The notes under the pieces: generated by a model
Told to the model about the DNA's origin: nothing
Seen by the model: the letters and a program-made list of their open reading frames with translations, nothing else
Database searches by the model: none
Program-made: the position numbers and the translations under genes
Source of the DNA: a virus
DNA: 64,000 nucleotides
Virus record (IMG/VR): IMGVR_UViG_3300025411_000008
Coordinates: 32,001 to 96,000 of that record
Strand: one strand, 5' to 3'
Shown: one piece after another, positions 1 through 9,088 of the stretch
Position numbering within the stretch: the first letter of the stretch is position 1
How the letters are laid out: every line of letters starts with the position of its first letter

Positions 1-70
1 GCTTAGGTTCTGCTGGAATGTTGCAGAGCTCCAGCATAACTGATGCTGCTTGCTTTAATGTCATTGTCAT
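1..70 (-). CDS. hypothetical protein, 5' part only (runs off the left edge)
   Basis: Translated by hand: ATG at 70 just downstream of tRNA-Thr gives MTMTLKQAASVMLELCNIPAEPK..., open to the window edge. Confidence 0.5.
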   Translation of the reverse strand, partial: MTMTLKQAASVMLELCNIPAEPK

Positions 71-72
71 AG

Positions 73-144
73 TGCCCCCGGACGGTATCGAACCGCCGAC
101 CTATAGTTTACAAAACTATTGCTCTACCACTGAGCTACAAGGGC
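73..144 (-). tRNA. tRNA-Thr(UGU)
   Basis: Reverse complement GCCCTTGTAGCTCAGTGGTAGAGCAATAGTTTTGTAAACTATAGGTCGGCGGTTCGATACCGTCCGGGGGCA folds as a cloverleaf; anticodon arm ATAGT-TTTGTAA-ACTAT; CCA not encoded. Confidence 0.93.
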
Positions 145-167
145 TGACTTGGTTTGCTTCGTTCGGA

Positions 168-299
168 TTATTTCTTGCGCTTAGGGAACTTAACCTTCTG
201 GAACAACCCTGCCTTCACGCCTTTGTTCCAACGGTAGACAAAGTAACCTACCATTGCGAACGCAATCGCTGGGAATGCCAGCACCCATAGAATTGTCAT
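168..299 (-). CDS. small single-pass membrane protein (43 aa, below the ORF-track cutoff)
   Basis: MTILWVLAFPAIAFAMVGYFVYRWNKGVKAGLFQKVKFPKRKK: hydrophobic helix followed by a basic tail; ATGA overlap with the upstream gene; GGAG SD. Confidence 0.7.
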   Translation of the reverse strand: MTILWVLAFPAIAFAMVGYFVYRWNKGVKAGLFQKVKFPKRKK

Positions 300-490
300 T
301 CTGTTTCTCCTTCACTAATGTCCCAGTCAGATGGTTGGCCAAGACGCACCATGTGCATGCAAGGATCTCCACCGTCTTCCCAGACTAGCTCTTCGCTCTC
401 ATGCATGGGTGGACCATCGTGAGTATCGCAGAACTGTTCTGTGCAAAAGTTGTTATCGATGCCGTACTTCAGCCATTCTTCAAATGTCAT
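296..490 (-). CDS. hypothetical protein with a Cys/His motif (C-x4-C-x2-H...C-x-H)
   Basis: 64-aa ORF coupled (TAATG) to the glycosyltransferase. Confidence 0.7.
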   Translation of the reverse strand: MTFEEWLKYGIDNNFCTEQFCDTHDGPPMHESEELVWEDGGDPCMHMVRLGQPSDWDISEGETE

Positions 491-1794
491 TATTGTCCAG
501 TTGTCGGAGCCATTGTCTTCAAGAACTCACGCTTCTTGTCAAGGCTATCCTTAGCCTCTTCAAACAGCTTCTTCCAGTCCTTGCAAACATCGTACCACGT
601 GTGGCCCTTGATCCAGTCAAGTGCCAGTGCTGAACGACGCTCTGCTTCTGCCTTGTTTGCCATGATCTCTTCGATGGCATCAGCTGCACCCTCTACACTC
701 ATCAGAGGACGCATGCGCTCATTGTCGTTGTCCTTGATGATCCAGTGTGATGGAGTGTGGCCACTTTCAACCAACCAGCCACGCTCATTGTCACCGAGGA
801 TCTCTGGGAGGCTTGTGTTGCGTGGGCCAACCACAGGGAGGTTTGTAGCCATTGCTTCAGTGATGCTAAGGCCCCAACCTTCACCGTGCGTGGTGGTCAA
901 GTAGCAGTCACTTACATTGTAGATAGCATTGAGGAACTCAATTGGGAACCCAGCATGTGCACCGAACTGACGTGGGTCTGGTACGGTGAAGTCATTGTTG
1001 GGGTCGAGCTCGAGTGCACGTGCCATCTGCATAACGCTGCCACCGAAGTCTGTCTCCTGCATGTGCATGTAAAGGAATGCATCCTTGTTGCCACGGCGAC
1101 GGAGTTCCTTCATAATCATAAGGCTACGTGAGATGTCCTTGCGGCCCTGATTACGGTTGACGTTGGTGATGATGAAGCGACCTTCCATGGTTGGGAAGAT
1201 ACTCTTTCGAGCTTCAACAATTTCCTCTGGCTTCATTGGGAAGAAGTCCTTGGTGTTGGTACCGTGGTAGATAACGTGCTGGCTATCTGCGTACTCACCA
1301 ATGAACTTGCGGCTTTCGTTCTTAGCGTATTCGGTGTAAGCGACTGGGTAGTCGAACTGAGCTACACAATCCTTAACCCACTCTTCCTTAGGACCGCAGT
1401 CGAATGGGTAGTAGTAGATGGTCTTGAAGCTACCAGGCTTAAGGTTCTGAAGCTCTTGAATCTGAGGAACGATCGTCTGTACGATGAATGTGTCTTGCAC
1501 AATGAAAACAAGGTCGTACGGACGTGAGCCCAACAGGTCGAGGAATACTTGACGACCGAATACGTCGCCGTAAGGACCCTGGGTGCGAAGTGCACTAATA
1601 GCAGGCCACAGGGTACCTGGCCACTTCTCTGTGTCGTATGGGCCACCATCGTAATTAACACCGACAACGTCAATCTCGTACTTGCCTGACTTGTTAAGCT
1701 CGCCCATGATGTTCTTCATCACAGTACCGAATCCTGTGCTACAAGCGTAGTCACCCCAAGCTAGTACACGAATTTTCTGAGCAGGGTTTGCCAT
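490..1794 (-). CDS. GT4-family (GT-B fold) glycosyltransferase
   Basis: N-terminal TGFGTV motif, NVNRNQGRK, and C-terminal E-x7-E motif EGWGLSITEAMA. Confidence 0.9.
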   Translation of the reverse strand: MANPAQKIRVLAWGDYACSTGFGTVMKNIMGELNKSGKYEIDVVGVNYDGGPYDTEKWPGTLWPAISALRTQGPYGDVFGRQVFLDLLGSRPYDLVFIVQDTFIVQTIVPQIQELQNLKPGSFKTIYYYPFDCGPKEEWVKDCVAQFDYPVAYTEYAKNESRKFIGEYADSQHVIYHGTNTKDFFPMKPEEIVEARKSIFPTMEGRFIITNVNRNQGRKDISRSLMIMKELRRRGNKDAFLYMHMQETDFGGSVMQMARALELDPNNDFTVPDPRQFGAHAGFPIEFLNAIYNVSDCYLTTTHGEGWGLSITEAMATNLPVVGPRNTSLPEILGDNERGWLVESGHTPSHWIIKDNDNERMRPLMSVEGAADAIEEIMANKAEAERRSALALDWIKGHTWYDVCKDWKKLFEEAKDSLDKKREFLKTMAPTTGQ

Positions 1795-2210
1795 TAGAGA
1801 CTCCAGTCCTCTTCTAAGTTATCACCATAATAATCAAATGGGTTTAACTCTGTCAAGGTATTACTAGAATTCTTCTTTGCGCCACGGCCTTGAATCTTCT
1901 GAGCCTGAACAGCTTGCTCAATACGCTCTCTTTCAGCAGCATATTTAAAGATTGACTCGTACTCGATGCTGGTCAACTCGATGCCGAGTTCTTTGCGCAT
2001 TCGGTCACGGCTTTTACGGTTGGTACCGCCCCAGAAGCCATGCTCTTCATACTTTAGTGCATGATCTAAGCACTGTTGTTTTACTGGGCAGGAAGCACAA
2101 ATCTTCTGCAATTTGGTCTCTGGTGCTCTACCCACCTTTGGGAAGAACAAGTCGTATTTATCTTTGCATTTTGACTGGTCTTGCCAGCTGTAATCAATGG
2201 TTGTATTCAT
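1794..2210 (-). CDS. whiB: WhiB-family Fe-S transcription factor
   Basis: Four Cys (SKC...ICASCPVKQQC), LFFP and GFWGG turn; start placed at ATG 2210 (MNTTIDYSWQ) rather than 2258. Confidence 0.88.
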   Translation of the reverse strand: MNTTIDYSWQDQSKCKDKYDLFFPKVGRAPETKLQKICASCPVKQQCLDHALKYEEHGFWGGTNRKSRDRMRKELGIELTSIEYESIFKYAAERERIEQAVQAQKIQGRGAKKNSSNTLTELNPFDYYGDNLEEDWSL

Positions 2211-2235
2211 TGAATGATTGTATAAAGAGGAGGCT

Positions 2236-2330
2236 GGTAGGGCCTCGGGGGGAGTCAAAGCATTGACGCCGACTACGACCCCCGAGGAAGACCAGGCCCT
2301 ACAGGAAGGAGCTTTACAATAGCTCTCTTC
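2236..2330 (-). promoter_or_regulatory. GC-rich structured element between the 2342 gene and whiB
   Basis: Minus strand: hairpin GAAG-A-GAGCT/AGCTC-CTTC followed by a long stem GTAGGG..CCTCGGGGG..AGTC..GACT..CCCCCGAGG-CCCTAC. Confidence 0.5.
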
Positions 2331-2341
2331 ACAGACTAGGG

Positions 2342-2557
2342 CTACTTTCTGCTCTTTTTTACATTGTCCTTTCTAAATTGTTCTGCTTTTTTAAGCAGAT
2401 TGACAACGTAATTAGCAAATTCATCGGCTTGCTGCTTAGAGCTTGCCTCTGAACCGCCTAGTGTGACTTGCTTTCCTACCAGGGTACTGTGCATCTCTCC
2501 ATTGAGGAGCAGCTGCATGAGATCTTGGTGGATCTGGTCATACTTATTAATTGGCAT
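2342..2557 (-). CDS. hypothetical protein
   Basis: ORF in operon context; likely start MPINKYDQ at 2557. Confidence 0.65.
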   Translation of the reverse strand: MPINKYDQIHQDLMQLLLNGEMHSTLVGKQVTLGGSEASSKQQADEFANYVVNLLKKAEQFRKDNVKKSRK

Positions 2558-2571
2558 ATTTATCTTTCTTT

Positions 2572-2898
2572 CTACCATGAATGGCAACCGTATTGATCTG
2601 GGATACCCATATCATAGTGTTTTATGAAGCGTTGAGCAACAATGATTTGCGTTGCTCTGCTACTTGGTTTTGTTACACTGCCCCCGAACTGTAACCAGTT
2701 GGGTCTATCGATACCTAGTGCATCTGGGTACCAATAACTAAAATGTTTCCAGTCCCCACCCTCTTCGCATATTGCAACCTTCTGCCACTTAGCAATTAAA
2801 GCTGCGCTAATGACTACCTTGGTTGATGCTGAGGCGGTGTGTGGTACTACAAACAAACTAAACATTACTGCAATTGAAATTATAGCTTTCTTTAACAA
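2572..2898 (-). CDS. secreted Rpf-like (resuscitation-promoting factor / lysozyme-like transglycosylase) protein
   Basis: Sec signal peptide (MLKK + hydrophobic stretch + ASA); WQKVAICEEGGDW matches the Rpf W-x2-[VL]A-x-CESGGNW motif with the catalytic Glu; W..FGG; QI.VA. Confidence 0.8.
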   Translation of the reverse strand: MLKKAIISIAVMFSLFVVPHTASASTKVVISAALIAKWQKVAICEEGGDWKHFSYWYPDALGIDRPNWLQFGGSVTKPSSRATQIIVAQRFIKHYDMGIPDQYGCHSW

Positions 2899-2910
2899 AA
2901 TTCTCCAATC

Positions 2911-2943
2911 CTAGAGGGATAAGTACTCTTGGTGTTGGCTCAT
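2911..2943 (-). CDS. putative 10-codon upstream mini-ORF (MSQHQEYLSL)
   Basis: Preceded by AGAAAGGAGGTGAT (2948-2961), a 14-nt perfect complement of the actinobacterial 16S 3' end. Confidence 0.45.
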   Translation of the reverse strand: MSQHQEYLSL

Positions 2944-2962
2944 GGGCATCACCTCCTTTCTT

Positions 2963-4825
2963 TTATCTTCCGAACAGGAAGCCGTATGGCGTCATGTCAA
3001 TAGTGTCGGTCATGTCAATGTTCTCATCGACTACACCTCTGATAGCTTCTGCTTCGTCTCTTCTGCGGAGGATCTTAGCATCTGCTCGTTCTTCGATCGT
3101 GTTAGCAGCCACCGCTCGATAGATCCAAGTGTGGTCAATACCCTTGCTCTTTGAGTCTGCTCTATTGATGCGGTTAGCTCGTTGCTTGTAGTCTGAGTAA
3201 GTTCGTGGTACTTCGATATTCCAAAGATACGGGGCATATAGGTTTAGCCCTTCCTGGCCTACATCTGAAGTAATAAGTATAGCAGGTCCTTTAATGGTGT
3301 TAAAGGTTCTAATGTTTTCTGCCACAGTATCACTGCTCATGCCTACTCCCCAGATAGGGAGCACAGGAATATCTGGGAACTTCTTCCTAAGTGCTTCAAG
3401 GTAAGGGAACAAGGTGCCATTGGTCCAGAAGGTGAATAGAACTACCTTGTCACCAGCTTCTACATAGTTCTCGAGGTTGCTTTCAATGAGCTGATATTTA
3501 GCACTGTTAGCGATATCAATATCAGTGCCGAACTGTGCAACAATCTCCTTAGCAAATCGTCCATCGCTGTTCTTAAGGCCAGCAGTGGTGTTGCAGATCA
3601 TACGCAGTGTGTCAATGTATGCCCAGCTAGCTACGGGGTTGTCTGGGTTGAAGTTGTTACGAGCTTGTTCTTCTGCCCAGTCATAAATAGCACGATCTAC
3701 TTCAGAAAGCTCGTAGACAATCTTCTTAGGGATGCTCTCAGGGAACTGAGCCGAGATGATTGGGTCGCTCTTCATAGCGATGTGCGTCCAGTTCTCATGC
3801 TTCTTGCCGAGCAACGACAGTTTTGCTCTGTCCCATTCTTTGACGTATAGCTCTTGTACGAAGCCATTGTTAAACATGCCAAATTCTTTGCCGTACAATC
3901 GCTTGAAAGAATCTCGCTTGAGGTCGCTTACGTCAGGGATGTTTGGGTCAACAATAGAGAAGATATTCCTGATGTTCAATGGGCTAGTGGTGTATGGTGT
4001 AGCGGTCAGGGCCAAGGTCATTACCTGGTTGCCAGACTCATTAATGAGCTTGTAGAAGCCTTCACCAATAAGGCTTGTACCACTGTTGATTTTCTGAGCC
4101 TCATCGATGATGATCAGAACACGCTTGCCTTTGATCATCTCCATAACCTGCAAGAAGTCTGTGCGGTCATAGGACTTTGACTTGCGTCGTGACCCCTTGA
4201 CCTTTACCATGTTGCCTTCACGAATCTTCTCGTAGTTCATGACAACGACTTGAGCTGTATTATTCTCATAAAAAGCATGCCGCTTAGCACGTGTCATCTT
4301 CTCGCCAACACGAGTGACTTCCAAGTGTGTCATACGGCGGAACTCTTGTTCCCAGTCGTACTGTTTGATCTTCTTACAGAAGACCAGGACGAGATCGACA
4401 TCACCAGCATCAAAAAGTTTCTGACTGGTTAGGCAACTCAACAGCGTCTTACCAGCACCAGTGTCCCACTGCACCAAGACACGTGGGTTCTCTGAGTGCA
4501 TCTGCTTCCATACATAGTTCAGACCAACGTGCTGAAAAGGAAACAGAGCATGGTCCTTTAGGAAAGGACTGTCTACTTCATAAGGGGAGGTACTGCATTC
4601 TCGTAGCTCATCATATGCCAGCTCAGCTGAGTCATCCTCAAACGTGAGTTCATACCCATTATCCCTGGCCAAAGCATGAAACTCATCGATCTTGTCACGG
4701 TTCTTGAGAGTACCGTAGGAATCTAATGAAAATAATGTCTTGACTTTTTCGTCCAGGGAGGAGTATCTTAGTACTCCATTGAGTAATTTACTCTTCTGAA
4801 CATATATCATCTTCTCCGAAGCCAT
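2963..4825 (-). CDS. SNF2-like superfamily 2 helicase/ATPase
   Basis: Q motif LFPFQ, Walker A DTGAGKT, DEAQ, LTATP, GQEGLNL, QRANRINR. Confidence 0.9.
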   Translation of the reverse strand: MASEKMIYVQKSKLLNGVLRYSSLDEKVKTLFSLDSYGTLKNRDKIDEFHALARDNGYELTFEDDSAELAYDELRECSTSPYEVDSPFLKDHALFPFQHVGLNYVWKQMHSENPRVLVQWDTGAGKTLLSCLTSQKLFDAGDVDLVLVFCKKIKQYDWEQEFRRMTHLEVTRVGEKMTRAKRHAFYENNTAQVVVMNYEKIREGNMVKVKGSRRKSKSYDRTDFLQVMEMIKGKRVLIIIDEAQKINSGTSLIGEGFYKLINESGNQVMTLALTATPYTTSPLNIRNIFSIVDPNIPDVSDLKRDSFKRLYGKEFGMFNNGFVQELYVKEWDRAKLSLLGKKHENWTHIAMKSDPIISAQFPESIPKKIVYELSEVDRAIYDWAEEQARNNFNPDNPVASWAYIDTLRMICNTTAGLKNSDGRFAKEIVAQFGTDIDIANSAKYQLIESNLENYVEAGDKVVLFTFWTNGTLFPYLEALRKKFPDIPVLPIWGVGMSSDTVAENIRTFNTIKGPAILITSDVGQEGLNLYAPYLWNIEVPRTYSDYKQRANRINRADSKSKGIDHTWIYRAVAANTIEERADAKILRRRDEAEAIRGVVDENIDMTDTIDMTPYGFLFGR

Positions 4826-4856
4826 GAATCAACCTTAGCATGACTTACTGACTAAA

Positions 4857-7800
4857 TCAATCTACCGAGTAAGGGATGATTGTTCCAGCAATATTATCTA
4901 GGCTGAACTCTGAAGGATAAACGTTCTTATTCAACTGGAAGTATGGCTTGTTCTCAATGCTTGTCCTTACAGGCAACTCGTTAGTCTTACTAGTTCCCTG
5001 GTAATCAATATTGAGGTTTGCATAGTAAGGATTCTGTCTGTACTGAGGAATGACGCTCACTCCGGCTATATAAACATTAGGGTCAAGAGCAGTCATTCTG
5101 ATTTGGATACCGCTTGATGGTACGTTCAGAGAGTTAGAGATGAAATAATTGGGGTCATTGATACCGACAGCGATTGGTCTATATGAACTCGAAGTGTTGT
5201 TCCGGTATTCGTATCTCACCGGGTGGTAGAACGGTGCTAGCATACTCAAGTAGAATTTCTCGGTGACAGCTGTATTGGTTTGTACTACACGGATAAAGAA
5301 TGATGTGTAGTTGGCGATAGTGTACCCATTCAACTGCACATCAAACCAAGAATTCAATGGCAATTGATTTGCTGTATAGGTTTTATAAGCTATTTCAGTT
5401 TGTACGTTTGTACTGCTTACAGCATAGAGGCTCACACGGTACGAACCAATGTTCGTATTCGGCAAGAACATGCGAGCGACACCGCTTACTCTCATGTTGT
5501 TGCGGTCCGTTGGGCTGATCCAGATGTTTGTTGGCGTGGTGAAAGCACCAGCTTGGTATACCTCGTAAGGCACACCGCTGGCCGTACCACTCAGTACAAC
5601 CTGCACGGTGTTGCTAGGAATACTTGCGTTGTATGATGCACCGGTTGCAGTAATAATACTGAAGCCGGACGCAGCTGTGAGGTTAACTGTACTACCTGTT
5701 ACTGTTGTCCCAGAGATCACACCACTAGTGGTCGAGTTGATAAAACGAGTGGTCATAGTGACGTTTGTCGTACCACTCGACTGCAAGTTTGTCAGGAAGT
5801 AATAACTCATTCCTGATGTTGGAGCATAACTGGCATAGCCGACGACACCCAACGATGCACTACCCAACTGCGTTGTGTAAGGCGTTGCTCCGCTTATGTC
5901 AAATACGTTTGGCAGAGTGAAGTTGTAAGTAACAGTGTTACTTCCACCACTTACAAGGATTCCGCTGGAGGTACCACTGGAAGGCGAAGTAGATGAACCT
6001 GAGTAGCCACTCCAAGATACAACGGCACTAGTCACAGTGGTTCCTGAGCCCGCTACCCAACCCGAGGTAGTTAAGAAGTTGGCGTCATTATAATTCATGA
6101 CATTGTTGCCAGTTTGGTACGGAGAAGACTGCACACCATACGTACTGCCAGATGTGATTGGAGCTACTGAATAGATAGTGCTCTTACCAAGAGTACCTGT
6201 AAGGGTCATGGTTGAGTTAAGGCCACCAACCATGGTACTAATCGTATAGTTGCTCAGCTTGTTAAGCAGAGTTGGGTCTGATTGGATTGGGTTACCTTGC
6301 GTAAGAAAACTCCTCCAGTCAGTTGTAAGTCCACCAATGTTAAAGCTAGTGAATGCATCGATGGTGTTGAAGAATGGTGTTGTTGCAGTCTCGTCAGGGC
6401 TAAGCCCTACGTAATTAATATCTGAAGGGTACCCGGACGAGAAGCCACTTGTTGTACCATTTCTACTAATCAAGTTTCCTGGCGTGCCGCGAAGATCATC
6501 GTAAACGGTTTCATAGAAGGCATTGATATAACGAATACCAACGAAATAAGCCTGGTGCCATGTCTGATTGATAGTTACCTGGTTATATTGGTGAACTCTT
6601 GTGTTTGGGAAGCGTCGGTATAGGAAGTCTGTGTAACTATTGTTATTATAGTTTCCATTGGAATCAAGCAGCTTGTAACTCGTACTTGGGTCAATGATTT
6701 GCACACTAGAAGAGATACCATTAAGTGATGTGCCTTGTTGAACGTCATTCAACGCTGCTAATGCTGGCCATGAATTGTTGCTGACTGTGCTAGTTGATAA
6801 ACCGAAGATTGTTGAAGCAGTCAATTGATTGGTATTCTGACTACTTGTCCCGAGTCCTTGTGTACCAATATTAGAGTTGCCAATGGTTGAGTACTTAACA
6901 GCGTTACCATCGATGATCTCTTGCTCGAGATTAGAATAGTATTGCTCGACATCAAGCGGGAATACATTGATAGTTCTATCAATTGAATCAAATGGCAAGT
7001 CATAAACTTCTGCTTGCAGCTGCGTAAACTCAAACTTCAAATAAGTAGCACTTGTTCTAGGGATTTCGTAGATACCCTTGCGCAGTGTGAAGTCTGATTG
7101 GATAGGAGTCCAGGTGAAGTTACCTGGGTCAATAGTATTGCCAGACGTAGTATTCGTGCTGTAGTAGACGTTGAAACGGCAACCGCTGTAAAGAGGATCA
7201 ATATAGAATCGATTGATCACAGTAGGAGTAGGGTCGCTCAGCTCGGCATAGAAGTAAACGATTGAGTCTTTAACTGGTTGAGGGGCACTTCTCCAGTAAT
7301 TAGTACCTGAAATGCTCTGGAACATATTTGATGTTGCATTCGTTACAAAACTATAATTCTCTACAAAACCCAAACGGTTCTGAACAATCATATTAGCTGT
7401 GCCGCTTACAACAACTGATGGGATATCAGAAGTCTGTTGGATATTTAACTTAATTCTAAAGTTCTCAATGCCAACGGAATAGGCAACGCTGTACAATACA
7501 TTCTGACTATTTGCAGACTGTACAGTTTTATTACGCGTAATCCTTACGTTAACAGCAGTTGTGCCAGTCAAAGGGTACGTGAAAGTAGTGTTGTTTGCAC
7601 TATTCAGGCTAGTAATGTTTGTAGGAGCATTGTATTCAATGAAAGACCAGTCAGTAGTGGTGAAGATATCACTACCGCCTGCGATCGTAAACGTTGAGGC
7701 ACCGGGGAGAGCATTCATGTTTTGATCAAGTAGCTCTACATAACAAGGTACGTTCAGCACAGACATTGTAATGCTGTTGTAGTACGTAGTATTTGATAAG

Positions 7801-8084
7801 TTATACGTAATAACAATAGGTTGACTGCTTGGCCCACCGAAGTCAGTGTTTGACAACCAGTAAGTTGCTGTCTGTGGATTGAAAGACAACAAGCCATTTG
7901 ATTGGTTTGTTGTATTGAAGTTAGGATCAGCGTAGTTAGAAACACTGGTATTGTTGAGTGAGTCAATGACACCAGTTTGAGCATAGATCTGGTTATAGAC
8001 AAGACCATCTGAAGTCAATGCAGGCGTAATATTGCCTGACACATAGTCGTCTAGTGGATCAGTATTATTTGGTAATACAGGCAT
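4857..8084 (-). CDS. large baseplate/tail structural protein
   Basis: 1075 aa, S/T/N-rich with beta-type composition; last gene of the baseplate operon. Confidence 0.7.
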   Translation of the reverse strand: MPVLPNNTDPLDDYVSGNITPALTSDGLVYNQIYAQTGVIDSLNNTSVSNYADPNFNTTNQSNGLLSFNPQTATYWLSNTDFGGPSSQPIVITYNLSNTTYYNSITMSVLNVPCYVELLDQNMNALPGASTFTIAGGSDIFTTTDWSFIEYNAPTNITSLNSANNTTFTYPLTGTTAVNVRITRNKTVQSANSQNVLYSVAYSVGIENFRIKLNIQQTSDIPSVVVSGTANMIVQNRLGFVENYSFVTNATSNMFQSISGTNYWRSAPQPVKDSIVYFYAELSDPTPTVINRFYIDPLYSGCRFNVYYSTNTTSGNTIDPGNFTWTPIQSDFTLRKGIYEIPRTSATYLKFEFTQLQAEVYDLPFDSIDRTINVFPLDVEQYYSNLEQEIIDGNAVKYSTIGNSNIGTQGLGTSSQNTNQLTASTIFGLSTSTVSNNSWPALAALNDVQQGTSLNGISSSVQIIDPSTSYKLLDSNGNYNNNSYTDFLYRRFPNTRVHQYNQVTINQTWHQAYFVGIRYINAFYETVYDDLRGTPGNLISRNGTTSGFSSGYPSDINYVGLSPDETATTPFFNTIDAFTSFNIGGLTTDWRSFLTQGNPIQSDPTLLNKLSNYTISTMVGGLNSTMTLTGTLGKSTIYSVAPITSGSTYGVQSSPYQTGNNVMNYNDANFLTTSGWVAGSGTTVTSAVVSWSGYSGSSTSPSSGTSSGILVSGGSNTVTYNFTLPNVFDISGATPYTTQLGSASLGVVGYASYAPTSGMSYYFLTNLQSSGTTNVTMTTRFINSTTSGVISGTTVTGSTVNLTAASGFSIITATGASYNASIPSNTVQVVLSGTASGVPYEVYQAGAFTTPTNIWISPTDRNNMRVSGVARMFLPNTNIGSYRVSLYAVSSTNVQTEIAYKTYTANQLPLNSWFDVQLNGYTIANYTSFFIRVVQTNTAVTEKFYLSMLAPFYHPVRYEYRNNTSSSYRPIAVGINDPNYFISNSLNVPSSGIQIRMTALDPNVYIAGVSVIPQYRQNPYYANLNIDYQGTSKTNELPVRTSIENKPYFQLNKNVYPSEFSLDNIAGTIIPYSVD

Positions 8085-9088
8085 TATTGTGCTCCATACA
8101 CCGTTGAAGTTACACTTAAGGATGGGTTTGCAATGCTGTCAGAGATACCGCTACTAAGATCTGATACGTTTGCTGAAACGATATTGCCTGTGAGGTCGAT
8201 CGAGATTTCTTGTGTCTGCAAGTGAGAGAAGTATGGCGCAACATTGTTCGTGTTGTTCTTCAACCAGTAACGCGTGTGCGACCCTGGCACAAGCGTTGAA
8301 GGCGTGCTAATCATTGTGGTATTAACAGTTGGCTGTAGGAAGTGATACTCCGAGTATCCACTTGCTGCAACATAAGTAAGCGGTGTCTGCGTAAGGTTTG
8401 CTAATGGTGCACCAAAGCTGAACTGGAAGTTAGCGAAGCCCAGCTGCTGAATGGTTTGCAGAATTGTCTGCTTCTTGCTCTGGTCCCAGGTGAAAACACC
8501 GCTATTATTAGTGGAGTCAAGAATAGGAATGAGCACAATTTCGTTCGCTGGGTTCAAAGCAGCTGGGTATGTCCCTGTTACAGAGCTAGTGTCTGTGCCT
8601 GAGTACGTTGTACTTCTACCGTATCCTGGAGTTCTCCAACTCTCAACAACATAGAATTTAACCTGTGTCAGAGCTTCACAGAGCGTCTTAATGCCCCAGA
8701 GGGTACAACCTGTCTGAAAGGCTTCAGCGGCACCTAGAAGGCGCTCACGGTAGTTTGAGTCCTTGATGCGTACTTCCTGCCATTGTGTATTGGTTAATTG
8801 GTCAATGAAAGGGTTGGTAGCAAAGCTATAGATCTCAGGTGCAATACGCTTTACATTCAGAATCGTACCAAGAATAGTATCGAGGTTGCTGTACTCAAGT
8901 GTTTGTTGGCCGATGCTCGCTGCAATCTGAAGATTTCTCAACTGACCCGTACCACTATTGCCAAGCAAGATCTTCATCAATGTGGTTAAGTTGTCACCAT
9001 CATTAAAATTGTAGATGTCGTCGGGAAAGTTTCTTACCTTCTCAAGGAAGGTAGAGTGAAGAGCAAGCGAGTAAGTATTGCCAGCCAT
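8084..9088 (-). CDS. baseplate wedge protein (P2 gpI-like)
   Basis: Follows the baseplate J-like gene; LD.ILG, YRERL and G.T..GI motifs typical of this class. Confidence 0.65.
   Translation of the reverse strand: MAGNTYSLALHSTFLEKVRNFPDDIYNFNDGDNLTTLMKILLGNSGTGQLRNLQIAASIGQQTLEYSNLDTILGTILNVKRIAPEIYSFATNPFIDQLTNTQWQEVRIKDSNYRERLLGAAEAFQTGCTLWGIKTLCEALTQVKFYVVESWRTPGYGRSTTYSGTDTSSVTGTYPAALNPANEIVLIPILDSTNNSGVFTWDQSKKQTILQTIQQLGFANFQFSFGAPLANLTQTPLTYVAASGYSEYHFLQPTVNTTMISTPSTLVPGSHTRYWLKNNTNNVAPYFSHLQTQEISIDLTGNIVSANVSDLSSGISDSIANPSLSVTSTVYGAQ

Noticed and set aside
2948-2961. ATCACCTCCTTTCT as a 16S rRNA gene fragment
   Set aside because: Only 14 nt match and the flanks are not rRNA-like; better read as a Shine-Dalgarno sequence on the minus strand.
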